From contig NC_000964.3 in the NCBI RefSeq assembly GCF_000009045.1, positions 1,380,001-1,412,000 on the forward strand: 32,000 bases of DNA, written 5' to 3'. The notes under the pieces were generated by a model. That model did not search any database. It worked only from the letters and a program-made list of their open reading frames with translations, and was not told where the DNA came from. Position numbers and translations under genes: made by a program. The DNA is from Bacillus subtilis subsp. subtilis str. 168. GTDB lineage: Bacteria > Bacillota > Bacilli > Bacillales > Bacillaceae. Numbering within the stretch: the stretch's first letter is position 1; each line of letters starts with the position of its first letter. Positions 17,373-24,529 of the stretch are shown here, one piece after another.

Positions 17373-17408
17373 AAAAAGTCCGTCTCAACTGCGAGCCGGA
17401 CTTTTATT
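17373..17408. terminator. bidirectional terminator between convergent mgtE and tnrA
   Basis: Stem AAAAGTCCG (17374-17382) / CGGACTTTT (17397-17405) with a 14-nt loop. Confidence 0.7.
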
Positions 17409-17410
17409 AT

Positions 17411-17743
17411 TTAACGGTTTTTGTACCGAAAGTGAGCATTAAGCTGCCCCTCCAGCATTTTTTTCCGCACTTGCGGATCGTTTTTTAACATCTGTTCTTT
17501 TTTGCGCATATCCTTTAAAATCTCTGCCGTCTGTACGCCGTCTTCACGCTTATTGGCGATATCCATCAGCCGCTCCACATCGGCAAAGGAGTATTTTCTT
17601 GTCCCCCTTGAAGAACGCTGCGGGTAAATGAGCTTTCGTTCCTCATAATACCTGATCTGTCTTACGGACAATCCTGTCAATTCACTCACAATTCCGATTG
17701 AAATCACTTTTTTGTCTTTATAAGAATGATCTTCTGTGGTCAT
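17411..17743 (-). CDS. tnrA: MerR-family global nitrogen regulator TnrA
   Basis: 110 aa counted from ATG 17743 ([39 protein letters not shown]...). The SD is GGGGTGGA. The 15-codon extension in the track lacks an SD. Confidence 0.95.
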   Translation of the reverse strand: MTTEDHSYKDKKVISIGIVSELTGLSVRQIRYYEERKLIYPQRSSRGTRKYSFADVERLMDIANKREDGVQTAEILKDMRKKEQMLKNDPQVRKKMLEGQLNAHFRYKNR

Positions 17744-17807
17744 TTTTCCACCCCTGGATGTCTTTTGATAATAGTATATAAAAAACAAAGAGAAAAAACC
17801 TGACGCT

Positions 17808-17824
17808 TGTCATATTTTCTAACA
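17808..17824. promoter_or_regulatory. TnrA/GlnR box between divergent tnrA and ykzB
   Basis: TGTCA-TATTTTC-TAACA matches TGTNA-N7-TNACA exactly. A TATACT -10 for tnrA lies at 17778-17773 on the minus strand. That places the box centre near -50, as in TnrA-activated promoters. Confidence 0.8.
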
Positions 17825-17937
17825 TCAAATAGAAGATTTTTGAAAAAATACGGAAGAAAAATTAACAAGAATAATGCGTAACACCCAAGCGCGTTTTATC
17901 CTTTATGTAACGAATCAAACGAGGAGGAAGGATAATC

Positions 17938-18093
17938 ATGGAGGAAGAAAAAGCAGTCTCACTGGCAAAAGAAATTATAGAGTTGGATATCAAGCGTGAT
18001 GAAATGCTGGAGACGTTTATGCAGCTTGCCGGAGAACAGGCTTTTCAATTATTAAGATCGGTTCAAAACGGACAATACCGAAAATCTTCGTAA
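17938..18093 (+). CDS. ykzB: 51-aa micro-protein of unknown function
   Basis: GAGGAGGAAGG lies 6-9 nt before ATG 17938. The translation is MEEEKAVSLAKEIIELDIKRDEMLETFMQLAGEQAFQLLRSVQNGQYRKSS with stop TAA 18091-18093. It is below the ORF-track cutoff. Confidence 0.72.
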   Translation: MEEEKAVSLAKEIIELDIKRDEMLETFMQLAGEQAFQLLRSVQNGQYRKSS

Positions 18094-18180
18094 ACATAAA
18101 TTCTTTACATTAGATTCATACCACGTTCATTTAAAAAGAGTATCTTTTGTATAGGATACCTCAAAATGAAGGAGGACGCT

Positions 18181-18363
18181 ATGAGTAATTTATTGAAATC
18201 CGCTTTAGAAAAAGAACGACGCCATTATTCTGAAAAACTCTATCAGATAGGGGTTTATAATAAAGAGGTCATGAACAAAATGACGATTTCTGAGCTTCGG
18301 AAAGAATACGCTTATTTCTTTCGAAGCATTACAAATCATAAAAATTATCCTTATACAAGATAA
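18181..18363 (+). CDS. ykoL: 60-aa small protein of unknown function
   Basis: The start is set at ATG 18181 (MSNLLKSALEKERRHY...) because GAAGGAGGA (18169-18177) lies directly upstream. The ORF-track ATG at 18166 precedes the SD. Confidence 0.8.
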   Translation: MSNLLKSALEKERRHYSEKLYQIGVYNKEVMNKMTISELRKEYAYFFRSITNHKNYPYTR

Positions 18364-18379
18364 TGTATAAGGATTTTTT
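18347..18379 (+). terminator. terminator of ykzB-ykoL
   Basis: Stem TCCTTATACA (18347-18356) / TGTATAAGGA (18363-18372), followed by T7. Confidence 0.85.
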
Positions 18380-18495
18380 TGCTTTTAGAAGGAATTTCTC
18401 GAATTATAGCGAATACGTATAGTAAGGGACTGAACTCTTATTATATGTAAGGGTTTTCATTATTTTTTTATAAAAATCCTATATACGAGGTAGAT

Positions 18496-18960
18496 ATGAT
18501 GAGATTATCGTTTAACGAAGAAGAAGTTGAGCGTGCGATGAATTTGTACAGAGTTTTTGCAAGGGCTTTCAAAAGTGTGTCCGAACATAGTATCCGTGAT
18601 AGCAAAGAGCACGGTTTTAATCCCACTGAATTTGCTGTACTGGAACTCCTGTACACAAGAGGCCCGCAAAAATTACAGCAAATTGGGTCGAGACTTCTGC
18701 TTGTAAGCGGAAACGTCACATATGTTATTGACAAACTAGAAAGAAACGGGTTTTTAGTAAGGGAGCAGGACCCGAAAGATAAACGCTCTGTTTACGCACA
18801 TTTAACTGACAAGGGAAATGAGTATTTGGATAAAATTTATCCGATTCATGCACTGCGTATTGCGAGAGCGTTTTCAGGTCTTTCGCCTGATGAACAGGAC
18901 CAGCTGATCGTCCTGCTCAAGAAAGCAGGCATACACAGCCAGCATTTGCTGTTTCGTTAA
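18496..18960 (+). CDS. ykoM: MarR-family transcriptional regulator
   Basis: 154 aa with a winged HTH (PTEFAVLELLYTRGPQKLQQIGSRLLLVSGNVTYVIDKLERNGFL...DKRSV). Confidence 0.9.
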   Translation: MMRLSFNEEEVERAMNLYRVFARAFKSVSEHSIRDSKEHGFNPTEFAVLELLYTRGPQKLQQIGSRLLLVSGNVTYVIDKLERNGFLVREQDPKDKRSVYAHLTDKGNEYLDKIYPIHALRIARAFSGLSPDEQDQLIVLLKKAGIHSQHLLFR

Positions 18961-18967
18961 CTATTCT

Positions 18968-18997
18968 ACACTCTCTATTTCAGGAGAGTGTTTTTTT
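18968..18997 (+). terminator. terminator of ykoM, lying inside the 3' end of convergent ykoN
   Basis: Stem ACACTCTC (18968-18975) / GAGAGTGT (18984-18991), followed by T7. Confidence 0.8.
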
Positions 18998-20096
18998 GTT
19001 TCCATATGATTCTTTTTAAAACATCTTTAATCTTCCTATCAGACATTTCGCCAAGGTATCCATTGACGTGTTTTTTATACTCCTTCATCTGTTCGTTCGA
19101 TTGAAAAAATGCCGCGATATACTCTTCTGCTTTCTGCATGTCCCAGTTTCTCATATCTGTGACGAGTTTCCTTTCATGTAGAAGGTTTAAATTCATTTCC
19201 TCCTGTCCCGGCAGTGCATGATAAATAAATACCGGAAGCCGTTTCTGTAAGCATTCACTGATGGTCACGCCTCCGGGTTTAGTCATGATGCCTGTCGCCT
19301 GTTCGTACAAACGGTTCATCTCTGCTTTGCTGTGAAGGTAAGGAATCGCCTCAATCAAGGGGTGGTGTAAACTTTTGACATAGGAGTAGAGCTTTTCGTT
19401 TCTGCCGCATAATATTTTGTATAAGATCTTTCCGCCTGGCGACAGTTCCTGCACCCATTTTAAAATCCCACCGACCCCCATACTGCCCCCTGTGATGATG
19501 ATGGTATATGGCGGGTGGTGCTGCAAGGTATCTGCTGATTCCATTTCAAAATTTTGGTGAACTGGAATGCCGGTCAAGTATATGTTGTTCTGATCGATAC
19601 CCTCTGATATTAGCTGCTTCTTTACTTCCGTGCTCGGAACAAAATGGTAATCAATGTTCTTCCGTCCCCATAATTGATTCACGAAAAAATCAGTGTATAC
19701 ATTCACAACCGTCAGATTCGGATATTCAGGCTTTAGTCGGTTCAGCAGATAAGAAGGCAGCGCATGTGTGCAGAAGGCGATATCAGGCTGTTTTTCTTGG
19801 AGGATGTGCCTCATTTGCTGTGTGAACAGCCATTCGTACATGAAATAGCGTTTGTCATGCTGAAATTCTCCGCAGGCGAGGAGCCTGTAAATGCCGCTGT
19901 ACGTTTTCGGGAAATATTGAATCCATTTTAAATAAGCCACGGAGGACAATTTTTCTAACCGCCTATACGAATGTGAAAAGATATCAATCTTTTCAGCTGC
20001 CAGCCCTTGAGACTCTAATTCAGCCTGCAATGCATCAGCCACATGATGATGGCCGGTGGAAATGCTTAAAAAAGGAAAAATGAGAATGTTTTTCAT
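18975..20096 (-). CDS. ykoN: MGDG-synthase-like / GT28-type glycosyltransferase
   Basis: 373 aa counted from ATG 20096 (MKNILIFPFLSISTGHHHVADAL...). The SD AGGAGG lies 7 nt upstream. The C-terminal nucleotide-sugar region is ITGGSMGVGG...MTKPGGVTISECL. Confidence 0.88.
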   Translation of the reverse strand: MKNILIFPFLSISTGHHHVADALQAELESQGLAAEKIDIFSHSYRRLEKLSSVAYLKWIQYFPKTYSGIYRLLACGEFQHDKRYFMYEWLFTQQMRHILQEKQPDIAFCTHALPSYLLNRLKPEYPNLTVVNVYTDFFVNQLWGRKNIDYHFVPSTEVKKQLISEGIDQNNIYLTGIPVHQNFEMESADTLQHHPPYTIIITGGSMGVGGILKWVQELSPGGKILYKILCGRNEKLYSYVKSLHHPLIEAIPYLHSKAEMNRLYEQATGIMTKPGGVTISECLQKRLPVFIYHALPGQEEMNLNLLHERKLVTDMRNWDMQKAEEYIAAFFQSNEQMKEYKKHVNGYLGEMSDRKIKDVLKRIIWKQKNTLLK

Positions 20097-20187
20097 GACA
20101 GTCCTCCTAAAAAAATATGGCAACTATATTTTGAGGAGAACGTTCACAAAATATAAGGGTGTTTTTGATCATAAGGAAGGTGAAAAG

Positions 20188-20739
20188 ATGAAAACTTGTT
20201 TCCTTTCCATATGGAGAGTGGTTGATCCGATTTATTTCTTTTTTTCAAGGCTAAGCTTGATTGACAACGATCAAAAAAGCGTTTTTCGAGTCAGGCTGAC
20301 GAAGTACAAAGGACATCATGTCGTGCTTAGCGACGGAACGCATATAAGAAAAAATGATGTGCTCGTTAAAATCCACCTGCATAACATAAAGCTGATCAGG
20401 GAGCTGCAAAGCATTGAGAGCGCAGTCAGAAAGGGAATCATTATTTATCAGAAAGTATATCAATCGATGCCGCTTCTTCTTGACTATATCAACAATCATA
20501 AAAAAAGCGAGAAAATCAAAGGAATCATTGGGATTACAATGCTTGACAAAGGTGTGGAAAGGCTCGGCTTTGATGTGATCACCCCGGTGAACCCTTTTTA
20601 CAGATGCTTTAAAAAAGTGTCTCATGTGCCGATTTTATATTTGACTTCAAAGCCTGTGAGCTTGCGGCATTTACCGAATTCATCCTATTTGTTTATCTCA
20701 AAAGAAAAGCTGCAGAAAACCTATCAAAAAAAAGACTGA
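20188..20739 (+). CDS. ykoP: uncharacterised protein (YkoP-type domain)
   Basis: 183 aa counted from ATG 20188 after AAGGAAGGTGA. The 44-codon extension in the track overlaps the ykoN start region and has no SD. Confidence 0.8.
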   Translation: MKTCFLSIWRVVDPIYFFFSRLSLIDNDQKSVFRVRLTKYKGHHVVLSDGTHIRKNDVLVKIHLHNIKLIRELQSIESAVRKGIIIYQKVYQSMPLLLDYINNHKKSEKIKGIIGITMLDKGVERLGFDVITPVNPFYRCFKKVSHVPILYLTSKPVSLRHLPNSSYLFISKEKLQKTYQKKD

Positions 20740-20766
20740 TGCCTCGGTCAGCACAGTCTTTTTTGA
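20727..20766. terminator. bidirectional terminator between convergent ykoP and ykoQ
   Basis: AAAAAAAGACTG...CAGTCTTTTTT is an imperfect extended stem (AGACTG/CAGTCT plus CTGA/TCAG) flanked by A7 and T6. Confidence 0.7.
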
Positions 20767-21579
20767 TTAAATCTGATGAAATGTCACTTCAGGGCGGCTT
20801 CCGACACGGATATTTACGCCGGTTTGTCCCAAGCCCTCGCTGATATAAAATGGTTTATCGTGATGATAATGAAGGCCTTTAATCATGTTCATTCGCACGA
20901 GCTTTCCCATTTTCACCAAATGATACGGTTTTGGCCAGTGAATTTGCCCGCCGTGAAAATGCCCTGACAGCAGGTAATCATAATGAACATCTTTCATATC
21001 CAGAATAATATTTGGGTCATGTGTTAAGACAAGATGATAGCCATTTTCCAGACTTTGATAAGAGCCGGTGATATTACTCCGATTCGTACTGTAATCATCA
21101 ATGCCGATAATATTGACTGGTCCTGCAGCCGTCTCGATTCGAACATGTTCATTTTGCAGCGTGATACAGCCGTTTTCCTCTAAAACTCGCTTCAATCTCT
21201 GAAAGTCCTCTTCTTTCAATACATAATCGTGGTTACCGAACACCGCGTACATTCCATATGCAGGCTTTAGCTTTTGCAAGGCGTTCAAGTAACCTGCCAG
21301 TTTCGGAATATTACGTTTCCGATCAAGAAAATCCCCGGTAAGAGCAATGATGTCCACAGGCTGATCTTTTGTTAAATGATACAGCTCCTCAGGTGAGACT
21401 GAAATGTTTTCCAAGTGAAGATCAGATAAATGAAGGATATTTAATTTTTTTCTGGCTGGAAGGCCGTCTTTTTGGTCGATTGAAATGGTGTTGACTTTCA
21501 CATCTTTTGTATTGCGGTTCGCTTTATATAGAAATGGCACAAATACGAGTATGGCCAATGAAAGTAAGATTGTAAACAA
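20767..21579 (-). CDS. ykoQ: membrane-anchored calcineurin-like metallophosphoesterase
   Basis: 270 aa with a TTG start after GGGAGGGGA and an N-terminal TM helix. The motifs are SDLH, GDFLD, GNHD and GHFHGG. Confidence 0.9.
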   Translation of the reverse strand: MFTILLSLAILVFVPFLYKANRNTKDVKVNTISIDQKDGLPARKKLNILHLSDLHLENISVSPEELYHLTKDQPVDIIALTGDFLDRKRNIPKLAGYLNALQKLKPAYGMYAVFGNHDYVLKEEDFQRLKRVLEENGCITLQNEHVRIETAAGPVNIIGIDDYSTNRSNITGSYQSLENGYHLVLTHDPNIILDMKDVHYDYLLSGHFHGGQIHWPKPYHLVKMGKLVRMNMIKGLHYHHDKPFYISEGLGQTGVNIRVGSRPEVTFHQI

Positions 21580-21771
21580 AATATATCCCCTCCCTTCTAT
21601 CAGTATAGTAAGTGATCAAGCCCTATGGATAGCGGGAATTAATGGGTAGAGACAGGTTGAAAAACGGATTGTCATATGATGAATGATTTGGAAGGGAAAA
21701 GGGATAATAAATTTTGACACATGAGGCAGAACATGCCGACGGAGTCAGAATAACAAATGGATGTGTAAGCA

Positions 21772-23466
21772 ATGTTACGATTGATGAGACAACAAAAAAA
21801 AGAAACATATTATCTCTGGATCGCATTATTTCTTCTTTTATTGTATGTATCCCCGCTTTTTATTTTAAAGGAAGATGCCCATATCCGGGTCCACGATAAT
21901 TTAGATTCCAACATCGCTTGGTACAAGGTTCTGGCCGATAGCGGAGAAATCGTCGGCAAGGTTGACGCTGCCATTCCGCAAATCATTAACGGGCTGCCCC
22001 GGGATGCCTTTGGCACCGAGTGGAGCGGAATTGTTTGGCTCCATGCTTTCTTTTCTTCCATGACCGCCTATGCAATAAGCCAGACGGTTACAAGAGTTGT
22101 CGCTTTTTTTGGAATGTATGTGCTGCTGAAGAAACATATAATCCCGGAACCAAAAGCGGCTTTCATCCGAATTGGCGTATCGCTTGCATTTGCCTTAACA
22201 CCGTTCTGGCCTTCGGGAATGCTGAGTACGCTTGGGTACCCTTTGGCACTGTGGGCTTTTTTAAATATCCGAAAAGGGGATATCTCATGGAGAGAGTGGC
22301 TGACGCTGGGCTTGCTCCCTCTATACTCAAGCTTTGTTCTAGGCTTCTTCTTTTTCCTGGCAGGGATGGCGTGTTTTTGGCTGTATGATGCCATTACAAA
22401 AAGAAGATGGAATTTGATGTTCTTAGGCAGTATTGCATTTATGACGAGTATCTATCTTTTCGTTGAATATCGGCTTGTCTATTCGATGCTGTTTGAGCAC
22501 GCACCGATGCATCGTATCGAATTTATCTCATCTAGGCATGACGTTTGGCATTCTCTTCGACTATCCATAAAAAACTTTGTCTATGGCCATAATCATGTGA
22601 TGACCGTTCATACCGTTGTCATCCTTCCGATCCTGATGGTCGTATTTGCTGCTCTGCTGTTCAAACGAAATCGGACAAAGCCAGAAAATGTTTATCTGTT
22701 TTTATGTGTGCTTAATTACGGGTTGTCATTATGGTATGCGTTTTGGTTCAACAAAATTTGGGCTGTTCCAAAGCAGAAATTTGCTTTTTTAGCAGAATTT
22801 AATTTTGCCCGTTTTCATTTTCTTCGGCCGCTTGTTATATACGTGAGCTTTGCGCTTGCTTTATATCTCATTTGGCGGATGGGGAAAGGATGGAAATGGC
22901 TTGTGTACGCCGCAGTCGCTGCACAGCTGATGGTGTTGGCGCCTTTTAATGAAGAATATACGTATGGTGTTCATTACAACGCGCCGACATTCAGGGAGTT
23001 TTATGCATCAGAGCAATTCAAAGAGATTAAGGAATATATCGGACGTCCGCAAGATTCGTATAGGGTGGCGAGCATCGGACTGCATCCGTCTATCGCCCAA
23101 TATAACGGGTTTTATACGTTAGATACGTATAACAATCTGTATCCGCTCTCATATAAATATGAATTTAGAAAAATCATCGAAAAAGAGCTGGAAAAAAATT
23201 CTCGGCTGAAACAATACTTTGATGAATGGGGCAGCCGCTGCTACCTTTTTGTCGATGAACTCGGTAAACGATATGATTTCAAAAAGAACTCGAAGAAAAC
23301 GATCAACAACCTTCAATTAAATACAGATGTATTTAAAAAAATGGGTGGACGGTACATTTTTTCTTCAGTTCCGATCATGAATGCTGAACAAAACCATCTC
23401 GCGCTCGTAAAGACGTTTGACCATAAAGATTCCGCCTGGCGCATTTATTTATATGAAACAAGATAA
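21772..23466 (+). CDS. ykoS: large polytopic membrane protein with a C-terminal soluble domain (GT-C-like layout)
   Basis: 564 aa. Many hydrophobic helices fill the first 400 aa or so, followed by a hydrophilic C-terminal region of about 170 aa. The SD is weak, so the start is less certain (alternative ATG at 21784). Confidence 0.85.
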   Translation: MLRLMRQQKKETYYLWIALFLLLLYVSPLFILKEDAHIRVHDNLDSNIAWYKVLADSGEIVGKVDAAIPQIINGLPRDAFGTEWSGIVWLHAFFSSMTAYAISQTVTRVVAFFGMYVLLKKHIIPEPKAAFIRIGVSLAFALTPFWPSGMLSTLGYPLALWAFLNIRKGDISWREWLTLGLLPLYSSFVLGFFFFLAGMACFWLYDAITKRRWNLMFLGSIAFMTSIYLFVEYRLVYSMLFEHAPMHRIEFISSRHDVWHSLRLSIKNFVYGHNHVMTVHTVVILPILMVVFAALLFKRNRTKPENVYLFLCVLNYGLSLWYAFWFNKIWAVPKQKFAFLAEFNFARFHFLRPLVIYVSFALALYLIWRMGKGWKWLVYAAVAAQLMVLAPFNEEYTYGVHYNAPTFREFYASEQFKEIKEYIGRPQDSYRVASIGLHPSIAQYNGFYTLDTYNNLYPLSYKYEFRKIIEKELEKNSRLKQYFDEWGSRCYLFVDELGKRYDFKKNSKKTINNLQLNTDVFKKMGGRYIFSSVPIMNAEQNHLALVKTFDHKDSAWRIYLYETR

Positions 23467-23478
23467 GGAGGATATCGA

Positions 23479-24492
23479 TTGAAACAGTCACAGCCAGTAT
23501 TAACCATCGTCGTCCCGTGTTTCAATGAAGAGGAAGTGTTTCAAGAAACAAGCCATCAGCTGACAGAGGTTGTAGATGATTTAATTGAAGAAAAATTAAT
23601 TGCTGAAGACAGTAAAATTCTGTTTGTCGATGATGGCAGCAAAGACCGCACTTGGGCTTTGATTGCTATGGAGAGCATAAGAAACAAGAAGGTTACCGGC
23701 TTAAAATTAGCCTGCAATGTCGGCCACCAAAAAGCGCTTTTAGCCGGATTGCATAAAGCGAAGAATAGGTCAGACTGCGTCATTTCGATCGATGCTGATC
23801 TTCAGGACGACATCTCTGTGATCCGGGATTTTATGCTGAAATATCATGAGGGCTGCGAGATCGTTTACGGTGTACGCCGGAGCAGAAAAACCGATACCTT
23901 TTTCAAGCGCACGACCGCGTTAGGGTTTTATCGTCTCATGAATAAACTTGGGATTAAATTAATTTATAATCATGCTGATTTTCGTTTAATGAATAAAAGG
24001 TCCCTTGAAGAGCTTGAGCGTTATCCGGAAGCGAATCTGTTTTTAAGAGGTATTGTCCCCATGATCGGCTTTAAATCGGCCGAAGTTTTGTATGACCGCA
24101 AGGAACGCTTTGCCGGCAAAACGAAATATCCGCTGAAAAAGATGCTATCCTTCGCTTTTAACGGGATTACTTCATTCAGTGTCGCACCAATTCGATTCTT
24201 TACGCTTTTAGGGTTTGTTTTGTTTTTCCTCAGCGCTGTGGCAGGGATTGGCGCGTTTATTCAAAAGCTGCTCGGCCATACGAATGCAGGCTGGGCGTCT
24301 CTTATCATATCCATTTGGTTTTTGGGCGGGCTGCAATTGATGGGAATTGGAATCATCGGAGAGTATATTGGAACGATTTTTTCTGAAGTGAAAAGACGGC
24401 CGAAATACGCGATTGATATTGATTTGTATAATGAACAGCTGAGCCCGCTTCAGCGCCAGGAAAAAGAGCGGTTAGAAAAAAAGTACAGTTAA
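23479..24492 (+). CDS. ykoT: family-2 glycosyltransferase of the GtrB/CsbB type (polyprenyl-phosphate sugar synthase-like)
   Basis: 337 aa with a TTG start after AAGGAGG. The motifs are VVPCFNEE, DDGSKD and the DXD motif IDADLQDD. Two C-terminal TM helices are present. Confidence 0.92.
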   Translation: MKQSQPVLTIVVPCFNEEEVFQETSHQLTEVVDDLIEEKLIAEDSKILFVDDGSKDRTWALIAMESIRNKKVTGLKLACNVGHQKALLAGLHKAKNRSDCVISIDADLQDDISVIRDFMLKYHEGCEIVYGVRRSRKTDTFFKRTTALGFYRLMNKLGIKLIYNHADFRLMNKRSLEELERYPEANLFLRGIVPMIGFKSAEVLYDRKERFAGKTKYPLKKMLSFAFNGITSFSVAPIRFFTLLGFVLFFLSAVAGIGAFIQKLLGHTNAGWASLIISIWFLGGLQLMGIGIIGEYIGTIFSEVKRRPKYAIDIDLYNEQLSPLQRQEKERLEKKYS

Positions 24493-24498
24493 ACACGG

Positions 24499-24529
24499 AA
24501 AGAGCTGACTTCATTAGTCAGCTCTTTTT
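24499..24529. terminator. bidirectional terminator between convergent ykoT and ligD
   Basis: A perfect 12-bp stem AAAGAGCTGACT (24499-24510) / AGTCAGCTCTTT (24516-24527) has loop TCATT. The ligD stop lies inside the right arm. Confidence 0.88.
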
